Assembly (NCBI GenBank): GCA_946402335.1
Contig: CAMIWE010000003.1
Span: forward strand, 2,400-66,399
Direction: 5' to 3'
DNA length: 64,000 nt
From: an uncultured Lachnoclostridium sp.
Lineage (GTDB): Bacteria > Bacillota > Clostridia > Lachnospirales > Lachnospiraceae
Shown: piece after piece, positions 53,347 to 62,431 of the stretch
Position numbering within the stretch: the first letter of the stretch is position 1
Layout of the letters: each line of letters opens with the position of its first letter
Notes under the pieces: generated by a model
Told to the model about the DNA's origin: nothing
The model's input: the letters and a program-made list of their open reading frames with translations, nothing else
The model's database searches: none
Position numbers and translations under genes: made by a program

Positions 53347-54654
53347 TTAGAAAAGTACGTCGCAGTCCGGATTCTGATATACCATGCGTCCGTTTACGAA
53401 CGTACGCAGCACCTTACCGAACAGTTTTCTGCCGTGGAACGGCGTATTGTGTCCCATGGAGACAAATGCATTCTTATCAACCACCATCGGCTCTAACGAA
53501 CAAACTGCCAGGTCCGCAGGCTTTCCGACAGCAATCGAGCCGCCGCGGTAACCGATCATTTTCGCGGGATTGGTGCTCATAAGCCGGATCAGGTCGATCA
53601 GCTTCATGCCGCCTTCGAGTACAAGTGTTGTATAGCTTAAGGCAAATGCGGTCTCAAGGCCTGTGATACCGAACGGAGCCTTGAAGAAGCCTTCTTCCTT
53701 TTCCTCTTCCGCATGCGGTGCATGATCGGTGGAAATACAGTCGATAATGCCCTGCTTAAGGCCTTCGCGGATCGCATGCATGTCTTCCTTGCTGCGAAGC
53801 GGAGGATTCATCTTGTAATTGGCATCATTGCCCTTGATATCCTCGTCGCAGAGTGCAAAATGATGAGGACAGGCTTCGGCCGTCACATGGTAGCCGAGCT
53901 TCTTGGCAAGAAGGACAAGCGCAACGCTTTCCTTCGTCGAACAATGGCACAGATGCAGCTTTGCACCAGTTTCGCCGGCAAGAAAGATATCTCTTGCGGT
54001 AATGATATTCTCAACGGCGTTGCTGATTCCGGGAAGTCCGAGTTCCTCCGACTTTGCTCCTTCATTGATCACGCCGCCGGCAACAAGATTCTTCTCTTCG
54101 CAGTGCGCAAAGATCGGAATGTTCTCCTTGGCAGCGATCTTCATGGCCTTCTCGTACAAAGCGATATCCATGACGGATTTGCCGTCTTCGGAAAGCGCTA
54201 CCGCTCCGGCGAGCCGTACGCTCGGGATGTTGACCAGCTCCTTTCCGGCCTGATCCTTTGTGATTGCGGAAATCGGGAAGATATTCACAACCGCCTCATC
54301 CTGTGCACGTTTTAAGAGCATGGAAATCTTCTCCATACTGTCCGTTGCGGGCACCGTGTTCGGCATCGGACATACCGCGGTATAGCCGCCGGCAGCCGCC
54401 GCCTTAGAGCCGCTTTCGAGTTTTTCTTTATAAGTCTGGCCGGGATCGCGGAAATGCACATGCAGATCTACAAAACCGGGGAAAATGTAATGTCCGTCGC
54501 ACCGGATCACCTGATCTTCGGGATGCGGATTAATGTCTTTTTCAATATCGAGAATGATCCCGTCATCCATACGGATATCCATCACCTCGGAAATCCCGGA
54601 TGCAGGGTCAACAATATGACCGCCCTTCAATACGATACGCCCTTCAAATAACAT
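53347..54654 (-). CDS. pyrC: Dihydroorotase
   Basis: 435 aa with FVDLHVHFRDPG and STDHAPH motifs. Confidence 0.9.
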   Translation of the reverse strand: MLFEGRIVLKGGHIVDPASGISEVMDIRMDDGIILDIEKDINPHPEDQVIRCDGHYIFPGFVDLHVHFRDPGQTYKEKLESGSKAAAAGGYTAVCPMPNTVPATDSMEKISMLLKRAQDEAVVNIFPISAITKDQAGKELVNIPSVRLAGAVALSEDGKSVMDIALYEKAMKIAAKENIPIFAHCEEKNLVAGGVINEGAKSEELGLPGISNAVENIITARDIFLAGETGAKLHLCHCSTKESVALVLLAKKLGYHVTAEACPHHFALCDEDIKGNDANYKMNPPLRSKEDMHAIREGLKQGIIDCISTDHAPHAEEEKEEGFFKAPFGITGLETAFALSYTTLVLEGGMKLIDLIRLMSTNPAKMIGYRGGSIAVGKPADLAVCSLEPMVVDKNAFVSMGHNTPFHGRKLFGKVLRTFVNGRMVYQNPDCDVLF

Positions 54655-54763
54655 ACTGTTCTCCTTTCCGTTATGACATTAAAAGGTCATAGACATCTTA
54701 CCACAAGAGGTCCTTTCCCGCAACCGAAAATCCCTTCCGGATACGCTTTGAAAAGCATACGGT

Positions 54764-56515
54764 TCAGTTGTTTTGCGGAAACTGATAATGCTCAAGCGTC
54801 AGTTCGATTTCGCCGCTGTAGCTGCTCTTCTGCGCCGAGAAAAGAATATGAAACCGCATCGTTCCCCGCGCCGCATAAGCTTCGTCCACCGCCGACTGAC
54901 CGAACTGTTCTATAAGATCGGCGATGATTTCGTCGGATTTGCCGAAATAGACGGCCTGAATACGGCTGCCCTGCTCATCCTCGAGAAGGAATCGCGTATA
55001 TCTTACCGAACGGCCGAAATGACTGATCTTACGGATTATAACATTGCGGGAGGCTAGCACCGGTTTCGGGTTTCCTTTGCCGAAGGGCTCCATACGGCCC
55101 ATCTCCGCAATAAACTGCTCGGAAAGGTCGGCAAAATTCAGCACAAGATCGATTACGATCTTCTCTGTTCCGCCTTCCCCGTTTTGTTTGAAATGCTCCC
55201 ACAGCTTCGTACGAAATGCCTCGAGATTCATGGCCTCAAGAGTAAGCCCGCACGCCTGGGAATGTCCGCCGTATTTCACAAGATATTCGCTGCAGGCCTG
55301 CAGCCCCTCGAAAATGTTATATTCTTCGATGCTGCGTCCGGATCCCTTCAAAAGATCCGGATATTCTTCGCTCTTACATAACACGATTGCGGGTACATAA
55401 TAGCGTTCGCGCAATTTGCCGGCAACGATTCCGGCAATGCTCTCATGACAGTCCTCCGAAACATATACGATTGGCAGAATTTCTTCGTCAGCCCTTTCGT
55501 CAATCTCCTGACAGGCTTTTTCGATGGACCGGGCCGTCATATCCTTCCGGACGCCATTGGCCGCCACAAGGGATTCCGCAAGCCGCATGGCCTCGTCTTC
55601 GTTCTGCTCCTTTAAAAGCGCCACGCCCGGATCGGCCTTCTTAAGCCGTCCCAGAGCATTGATGCACGGTGCAAGGACAAATCCGAGGGAATAAGCCTTC
55701 GGTTCGGTTTTCAAGCCATTGGCTACCGCCAGACATCTAAGACCGGTATTCCAGAATTCTAACGGTTTTGCAAGTCCCTTTTTCACGATGACGCGGTTCT
55801 CCCCCGTCAGTTCCATAACATCGGCCACCGTTGAAAGGGCTAAGATTTCCATATATTCGTAGAGGAAGCCTTCCTGCCCGTCTTTTTTAAGGAGCAGATC
55901 GGCAAGCTTCGCCGCAACGACCGCACCGGAAACGGCATCTCCCGGGTAGCCGGGATTGACCTTAAAGTCCACAATCGCATCCGCTTGCGGTAGCTCCTTC
56001 TGCGGCTCGTGATGGTCCGTAATCAGTACGGTAAGCCCCTTCTCTTTGGCAAGGCGAACCTGTTCCACGGCTGCGATACCGTTATCGACCGTGATCAAAA
56101 GGCCGATTCCGTCCTTTACCGCTTCCTCCACCATTCCGATGCTGATTCCGTATCCGTCCGTAATGCGGTCCGGGATCCGGTAATCTGCCTCGATGCCGAA
56201 GCGGCGGAGTCCTTCCGTCATTAAAAACGTAGCCGTTACGCCGTCCACGTCATAATCGCCGATTACACGGACTCTGACGCCTTTCTCTCTCGCCTGCAAT
56301 AAAAAAGCGCAAAACCGTTCTGCATCCGGCAAAGCCTCCGCAGGTTTCAGTTCCGCGCCGTCCGGGTACAAAAAGGCGGCCGCCGACTCTGCGGAATCAT
56401 ATCCTCTTCCGCAGAGAATTCTGGCGAATGCCGGCGTAAGGCCGAGCTGGGAGACCATGTCTTCCATGGCCCCGCCCCGTCTTTTAATAACCCATTTTTC
56501 GTTCTTAATTTTCAT
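54764..56515 (-). CDS. recJ: Single-stranded-DNA-specific exonuclease RecJ
   Basis: 583 aa with DHH motifs (GDYDVDGVT, ITVDNG, ITDHHEP) and a DHHA1 domain. Confidence 0.9.
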   Translation of the reverse strand: MKIKNEKWVIKRRGGAMEDMVSQLGLTPAFARILCGRGYDSAESAAAFLYPDGAELKPAEALPDAERFCAFLLQAREKGVRVRVIGDYDVDGVTATFLMTEGLRRFGIEADYRIPDRITDGYGISIGMVEEAVKDGIGLLITVDNGIAAVEQVRLAKEKGLTVLITDHHEPQKELPQADAIVDFKVNPGYPGDAVSGAVVAAKLADLLLKKDGQEGFLYEYMEILALSTVADVMELTGENRVIVKKGLAKPLEFWNTGLRCLAVANGLKTEPKAYSLGFVLAPCINALGRLKKADPGVALLKEQNEDEAMRLAESLVAANGVRKDMTARSIEKACQEIDERADEEILPIVYVSEDCHESIAGIVAGKLRERYYVPAIVLCKSEEYPDLLKGSGRSIEEYNIFEGLQACSEYLVKYGGHSQACGLTLEAMNLEAFRTKLWEHFKQNGEGGTEKIVIDLVLNFADLSEQFIAEMGRMEPFGKGNPKPVLASRNVIIRKISHFGRSVRYTRFLLEDEQGSRIQAVYFGKSDEIIADLIEQFGQSAVDEAYAARGTMRFHILFSAQKSSYSGEIELTLEHYQFPQNN

Positions 56516-56543
56516 TCTTCATTCCGAATCGTGCCCCGAAGGA

Positions 56544-58811
56544 TCACGCCTTCTTGCCGAATTTCGTTTTAAAGCCGTACCAGAGCGTACCGGTCAGGCA
56601 AATGGAAGAATAGGTACCGCAAACCAGACCGATGGCAAGCGGAATTGCAAATATCCGGATGGAATCCACGCCGAGGATGATCAAAACCACAACCGTAAGA
56701 AGCGTTGTCAGGGAAGTATTGATACTTCTCGTAAAAGTTTCGGAAATGCTTCGGTTAACAACATCCTTAAGTGCATCCTTCTTCTTCATTATGGAACCTG
56801 CCGTAAGTGCCAGGTTCTCACGGATACGGTCGAAAATAACGATGGTCGCGTTAATGCTGTAACCGACAAGGGTAAGCATACATGCGATGAAGGACGTATC
56901 AACCGTTACGCGGAACAGTGCATAAACGCCAAGTACGACGAGAACGTCGTGTACGAGTGCGATAACCGCGCCGGAAGCAAATGCAAGGTTCTTAAACCGG
57001 ATCCAGATGTATAACAGCATGCAGATCGTCGCGATTAAAACGGCCTTGATGGCGTCGCTCTTCATCTCGTCGGAAACGCTTCCGCTGATCGTCTCGGTTT
57101 CGATGTTGCCTTCCGCAACGCCGTATTTGTCCATAAATGCCTGCTTGAGGTCGTTCAGCTTGCCTTCGTCCTCAAGGAATGCCTTCGTCTTAATAATGAT
57201 GGCATTCTCGCCCTTAACTTCGGAAACGGAACAGTTCTCATCGATAGCTGATTTCACAAGGGATTCCACATCGCCCTGCGAAGGAACGGCACCGTCAAAA
57301 CGAACCTGAACGGACGAACCGCCGACAAAGTCAAGACCGTAATTGAGGATGTTGCCGATCTTACTGCTGTTTACGAACAGCATTACGATGCAGATGATGA
57401 TCATGGCACCGGAAATCACAACATACTTCTTCCAGTTCTCAACAACCTTGAGCGTCTTCGTCTTCTTGGCTACGCCGTACATTCCGACGGAATCCGCACC
57501 GAGGTTGTAGAAGCATTTCAGGATCAGACGGGTGATAACCAGACCGCTGAACATGGATACGACAATACCGATACCGAGCGTGATCGCAAAACCTTTGATT
57601 ACGCCGGAACCGAGGAAATACAATACCAGTGCCGCGATCAAAGTGGTAATGTTACCGTCAACGATTGCGGACGTAGCCTTGCTGAAACCAAGCTGGATGG
57701 AAGAACGAACCGTCTTTCCGGTTGCAAGCTCTTCACGAATACGGGTAAAGATAATGACATTGGCATCCACCGCCATACCGACTGACAGGATAATACCGGC
57801 AATACCGGGAAGCGTCAGGGTAACTTCAAACAGCAGAAGCAGTGCAACCATGATGCCGAGATAGAAAATCAGGCTCAGGGAAGCAACAAAACCGGGGAGA
57901 CGGTAGATAATGATCATGAACACACATACAAGGGCAAATCCGATGATGCCTGCGATCAAGCTGGTCTCAAGCGCTCTGCTTCCGAGGGTTGCGCCGACGA
58001 TGTTGGAACGGATCGGCTGCATTTCAACCGGAAGAGCACCGATACGGATGAACGTTGCAAGGTTCTGCGCCTCTTCCAAAGACTCCATGCCTTCTACCTG
58101 CGCCTTACCGCCGGAAATACCGGAGTTAACGCCGGGGCAGCTGAGAACTTCATTATCAAATACGATGGCAAGACGGTTCTGCATATTGCTATGCTGTGCG
58201 CACCAGGACGTCGCGTCATAAAATGCGCCGGCACCGGATGCCGTAAACTCAAGGGAAACGATGTTCTGGATGGCGCCGCTCTCTTCCTTGATCGCTACGC
58301 CTTCCGCTCTGCTGACCATGGTTCCGTCAATCGGAGCATCTCCGTCGGCAATGATTTCATCCATGGACCGTGTAAGAACATATGTGCCGTCAGCAGCGTA
58401 ACTTACATTGGTTTTGCCGCTCGGGCCTTCTGCATAAACAAAATAAATCTTACCTGCCGAACCAAGTGATTCGAGAACCTTCTGGGCATCCTTTGCACCC
58501 GGAATATCGACATTGATTCGCTGGCTTCCTTCCAAATAAACATTACTCTCGGTGGAGAACGCTTCCGCTCTCTTCTGGAGTTTGGAAAGGGCGTCGGTCA
58601 TCTGCTGCTCGGTTGCATTCTTGTCAACCGTCTCATACGTGATGCTTACGCCGCCGCTCAGATCGAGTCCGCGCTTGATTTCCTGCGGACGGAATCCGAA
58701 CTTGTACTCAAAGCTGAAGAACATCCAGACACCAAGGCCTGCCAGCAGCAGAATAATCACCGCGAGACCCCAAAATCCGGACTTTTTGTTACTTCTTTCT
58801 TTCATGTTCAC
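56544..58811 (-). CDS. secDF: Protein translocase subunit SecDF (fused)
   Basis: 755 aa with 12 TM helices. The periplasmic domain follows TM1, and SecD and SecF halves are fused. Confidence 0.9.
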   Translation of the reverse strand: MNMKERSNKKSGFWGLAVIILLLAGLGVWMFFSFEYKFGFRPQEIKRGLDLSGGVSITYETVDKNATEQQMTDALSKLQKRAEAFSTESNVYLEGSQRINVDIPGAKDAQKVLESLGSAGKIYFVYAEGPSGKTNVSYAADGTYVLTRSMDEIIADGDAPIDGTMVSRAEGVAIKEESGAIQNIVSLEFTASGAGAFYDATSWCAQHSNMQNRLAIVFDNEVLSCPGVNSGISGGKAQVEGMESLEEAQNLATFIRIGALPVEMQPIRSNIVGATLGSRALETSLIAGIIGFALVCVFMIIIYRLPGFVASLSLIFYLGIMVALLLLFEVTLTLPGIAGIILSVGMAVDANVIIFTRIREELATGKTVRSSIQLGFSKATSAIVDGNITTLIAALVLYFLGSGVIKGFAITLGIGIVVSMFSGLVITRLILKCFYNLGADSVGMYGVAKKTKTLKVVENWKKYVVISGAMIIICIVMLFVNSSKIGNILNYGLDFVGGSSVQVRFDGAVPSQGDVESLVKSAIDENCSVSEVKGENAIIIKTKAFLEDEGKLNDLKQAFMDKYGVAEGNIETETISGSVSDEMKSDAIKAVLIATICMLLYIWIRFKNLAFASGAVIALVHDVLVVLGVYALFRVTVDTSFIACMLTLVGYSINATIVIFDRIRENLALTAGSIMKKKDALKDVVNRSISETFTRSINTSLTTLLTVVVLIILGVDSIRIFAIPLAIGLVCGTYSSICLTGTLWYGFKTKFGKKA

Positions 58812-59056
58812 ATCCCTCTCTTAACACGTGCATCTTATGTTTGGGCATAAAAATGCACTGACTGTCAAGCATTATATCACAAAAGCCCCTACGTGAAAAG
58901 ATTTTTTTACAGATAATGAAACACAACTTTTTAAAAATTCCTTCTTGCTTGTTTGGGACTGATATGATAAGATAACTAATGTGGTTTTAAAAACTACATA
59001 CAAGGTTAATGTGAATCCCGATATTCCGTTAATCATTTCTTCTTATGGAGGTTTTC

Positions 59057-59923
59057 ATGTCCGATTTCGTTATTACAACTGAATCCACAGCCGACCTTCC
59101 CGCATGGTACTCGGCCGACCACGATATCGTTATCATTCCGTTGACGTTTACCTTTGACGGAGTAAACATTCTCGGAGAAAAAGAACACGTCGATTTAAAA
59201 TCTTTTTATACGCGCATGCGGAACAATGAGCTTCCGAAGACAATGGCAAGCAACATTGATACGGTTCTTAAGACGTTCCGCTCTGTACTGGATACCGGAA
59301 AGGATGTTTTGCACATCGCATTTTCCTCCGGATTAAGCAGCTCCTGCAACAACGCACAGATTGCAGCGGGAATGCTTAAGGACGAATACCCCGACCGTAA
59401 GATAGCCGTTGTGGATTCGCTCTGTGCTTCCCTCGGACAGGGTCTTTTCGTAGACGGTGCCGTCCGCAAGCGTGACGAAGGCTGCAGTCTCGAAGAAACC
59501 GTTTCGTGGCTTGAAGAGAATAAGCTTCATGTGTGCCACATTTTCACTGTTGATGATTTGAAATATCTGAAGAACGGCGGACGGATCAGCCGCACGACCG
59601 CAATTCTCGGTACTCTGATCAATGTTAAACCGGTTCTTCATATGGATAACGAAGGGCATCTTGTTCCGCTCTTCAACGTACGAGGCCGTAAGAAAGCACT
59701 CACCAGTCTGGTGGACAAAATGGAGGAAACCGTAGGACAATACAAAAACGTACGCGTCTTCATCTCCCACGCAGACAGCATGGACGACGCAAAGTTCGTC
59801 GGCGAGCTCGTATCCAAACGGTTCGGCATCAGCGAGATTATGTACGGTGATATCGGACCCGTCATCGGTTCCCATTCCGGTCCGGGAACCCTGGCACTCT
59901 TCTACTTCGGCGAATCCCGCTAA
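59057..59923 (+). CDS. DegV family fatty-acid-binding protein
   Basis: The start ATG at 59057 follows GGAGG. The sequence MSDFVITTESTADLP...SSGLSSS...ISHADS follows the DegV pattern. The track start is 59045. Confidence 0.85.
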   Translation: MSDFVITTESTADLPAWYSADHDIVIIPLTFTFDGVNILGEKEHVDLKSFYTRMRNNELPKTMASNIDTVLKTFRSVLDTGKDVLHIAFSSGLSSSCNNAQIAAGMLKDEYPDRKIAVVDSLCASLGQGLFVDGAVRKRDEGCSLEETVSWLEENKLHVCHIFTVDDLKYLKNGGRISRTTAILGTLINVKPVLHMDNEGHLVPLFNVRGRKKALTSLVDKMEETVGQYKNVRVFISHADSMDDAKFVGELVSKRFGISEIMYGDIGPVIGSHSGPGTLALFYFGESR

Positions 59924-59931
59924 TTGATTTT

Positions 59932-60963
59932 TCATAGCATGCAGTCTCCCCGTTCCGCAACATAAGAATGCGCAACCGGGAGGCTGTATTGTTTTGCAAA
60001 GGGATCGGTATTCCGCGCTTTAAACAAGTCCCGCATATCCTCATAACGGAGCTTTTCCTCATTTTTCCCATGGCGCATTACGGAAAATGCCAGGTATCCG
60101 ATCTGCCTGACCAGCTGACGGTTCGGCTCGTTGTTTTCGTTCCGCTGTGTATAGGCGAAATCGGAAACCCTTCCGATGCGGATGGCTTCCTTCAGGTCGT
60201 CCGTGACCGGAATATAATGCATTCTTTCCCGGTGGGCCGGGTATTTCTTGCGCATGCGCCTTAAAAAAGCCGATTTCGGATCCCCGCAAAATACGATCAA
60301 AGATTTGGAAAGCAGCGATGAATATCGCTCTAAAAGAATTTCGAATACCCACTCCGCAGCGGGCAGACAGATCACGGCCAGATCACAGACGTTAAGAAGC
60401 GTCTTCGTACTCAGGTTGCCATTGCTGGCCGTATTTAAGAAAAGAAAGTCAAAATGTGCCGTGCTGAAATCCCGAATATCCGGGAATTCCCGTTCGAAGC
60501 TGTATTCGTAAATATCGCTCCTAAGACACTGGTTCAGCGGCAGGTAATACAGATGGTCCTGCATGATCTCAAGCGTTCTGCCGAGACAGACCGCTTTTCC
60601 GGTTTTCTTTCGCAGGTATTTCAGGAAAGAATCACCCCGTTCATAGAACCCCGACTGGTACCGGTCATAGTCCCGCCGCATTCGGTTGTACGTATCACCG
60701 AACAGACAATGACCGATGTTGTCAAGCCCGATATAATTTTCCGCCATCACAACCTTACACAGGAAATTCCTGCATCCGGCTATTGCCGTCAACACCCCTA
60801 GACAGCTGACATACTCATTCCTTACCGGTGACCAAAATGATACAATCATACCCCAATTCACCTCCAAAGGATAGTAGGGTTCAATTATAGCGGTGGCATT
60901 TTTCGTAAGTAAAGCGCCGACTGTAACAGGTTTTGTCACAGACGACGCTTTTTCTTTTTTCAC
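59932..60963 (-). CDS. Hypothetical protein with MinD/ParA-like layout but degenerate Walker A and B
   Basis: 343 aa. MIVSFWSPVRNEYVSCLGVLTAIA occupies the place of hhhhSxKGGxGK(S/T)T. FDFLFLNTASNG occupies the place of hhhhDTPPG. MHYIPVTDDLKEAIRIGRV resembles the MinD/ParA C-terminal IPxD...G motif. Assigned by eye only. Confidence 0.55.
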   Translation of the reverse strand: MKKEKASSVTKPVTVGALLTKNATAIIEPYYPLEVNWGMIVSFWSPVRNEYVSCLGVLTAIAGCRNFLCKVVMAENYIGLDNIGHCLFGDTYNRMRRDYDRYQSGFYERGDSFLKYLRKKTGKAVCLGRTLEIMQDHLYYLPLNQCLRSDIYEYSFEREFPDIRDFSTAHFDFLFLNTASNGNLSTKTLLNVCDLAVICLPAAEWVFEILLERYSSLLSKSLIVFCGDPKSAFLRRMRKKYPAHRERMHYIPVTDDLKEAIRIGRVSDFAYTQRNENNEPNRQLVRQIGYLAFSVMRHGKNEEKLRYEDMRDLFKARNTDPFAKQYSLPVAHSYVAERGDCML

Positions 60964-60999
60964 AATATCCGGCCGCAGAATACCTACGCAGACCGTAGA

Positions 61000-61524
61000 T
61001 TATCGGGAAACCATCCCGTAACGGCTGATTTCCGTAAGAAACGCTTCGATTTCCTCCTCACTCATCGAAAGCAGATGCGTGTTCCGAAACCTGCGGTCGT
61101 CCGAAACATCCTTTGAAAACCAGGTCGGAACCGGAAGCGTCCGGGCATCCGCCTCATCCCGGTATTCGATTTCCGCAAAAACCAGTCCCTCAAGGCTTCC
61201 GTGGAATTCGTCAACCTCGATCGTATGTCCGAGATACGGAATCCGCGTTCTGGTTTTGGTAAGAAAACCGCTCACGGCCAGCTGCTTTAATGCTTCATAG
61301 GAAGCCTCCGGGATTTCCGTCTCAAACTCTTCGTTGATGATCATTCCCGATACCTTCTGCGCGGGGTCCTTCCGCTTTAATGTCAGAAAACAGGTATCGT
61401 TCTGCCTGCGGATCCGAAGCGTGCAGCCCTGTGTAATCAGGTAGCCCTGCTCCATTTCCAGTTTTTCATAACGGTCAAAGTATTCCGGCAGGCCGGACAG
61501 CAGAAATTTCCGTTCGATTTCCAT
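61000..61524 (-). CDS. CYTH-domain protein (triphosphate tunnel metalloenzyme / CyaB-like)
   Basis: 174 aa starting MEIERKFLL, which is the ExExK signature. Confidence 0.85.
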   Translation of the reverse strand: MEIERKFLLSGLPEYFDRYEKLEMEQGYLITQGCTLRIRRQNDTCFLTLKRKDPAQKVSGMIINEEFETEIPEASYEALKQLAVSGFLTKTRTRIPYLGHTIEVDEFHGSLEGLVFAEIEYRDEADARTLPVPTWFSKDVSDDRRFRNTHLLSMSEEEIEAFLTEISRYGMVSR

Positions 61525-61606
61525 GGTTTCCTTCCTTTTCCGCCGTTTGCTCCCTTGTCCGGATCCGGAAAATGTGTTATCTTAATTCCGGCAAGGAGGC
61601 AAAGTC

Positions 61607-62431
61607 ATGCTGCATTTTTATTATTCATTTACCAATCCGCAAAGCGAAGAGATTCCGGCCTTCCTCGAAAATGCTTCCGACGGCGAAATTCTCTTATATC
61701 CTTATGAAGGCAAAAAGCCTCAAAAAAACGACATTCTGATTTCCGATGATGCGGATGTGATCCGCAAATGGCAGGCCGACGGCGGTCTCGTGATCGGTTA
61801 CGAGCACGACGGCATCCGGCCGGAAACCGGCGAATGCATCACCGACATCAGCGAAGTGTATGCCGAAGACCTTTCGGAAATCGCCGACTACCTGACGGAA
61901 AGCCGCCATCTTCTGTTCTTCTCGGGCAATTACGACTTCTACACACCCGGTTTTGAAGATTATAAATCTCTTTACAAACAGATGCAGGGGGAGGCTTATC
62001 TCCTGTCTTCAAACCTAAAGAACCTAAGCGATGAAGAACTTCACGATTTCTATCAAAACAGTATCCATATGACGAGAATGAATCCGGCTCTTGCAATGTG
62101 TGCATATACCGCAAAGGATTCCGACCGCCTTTTAGGGCAGGTTTCCGTTGAAGTATCCGACCTGACCGATAAAGCATACAACCTGTCCTATTATCTGGCT
62201 CCCGACATGAGAGCTCAGGGCATCGGAACGTCAGCCGTGAAAGCGTTTCTAGCGCGGATGCTCCCGCGGCTTGACAAACCGTTACTCGCCGTGATCCACC
62301 GCTCAAACAGCGTATCCGTCGCCGTCGCTAAGGCATGCGGCTTCACCGTACTTCCCGCAAACCAGCAGATACTCGTACAAAGACCGGAAGGCTTCCTTAC
62401 GATGATTTACGAGAATTCCGCGGATGCCTAG
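61607..62431 (+). CDS. GNAT-family N-acetyltransferase with an unknown ~150-aa N-terminal domain
   Basis: The C-terminal part has motif A, MRAQGIGTSAVKAFL, and the strand SNSVSVAVAKACGF. Confidence 0.7.
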   Translation: MLHFYYSFTNPQSEEIPAFLENASDGEILLYPYEGKKPQKNDILISDDADVIRKWQADGGLVIGYEHDGIRPETGECITDISEVYAEDLSEIADYLTESRHLLFFSGNYDFYTPGFEDYKSLYKQMQGEAYLLSSNLKNLSDEELHDFYQNSIHMTRMNPALAMCAYTAKDSDRLLGQVSVEVSDLTDKAYNLSYYLAPDMRAQGIGTSAVKAFLARMLPRLDKPLLAVIHRSNSVSVAVAKACGFTVLPANQQILVQRPEGFLTMIYENSADA

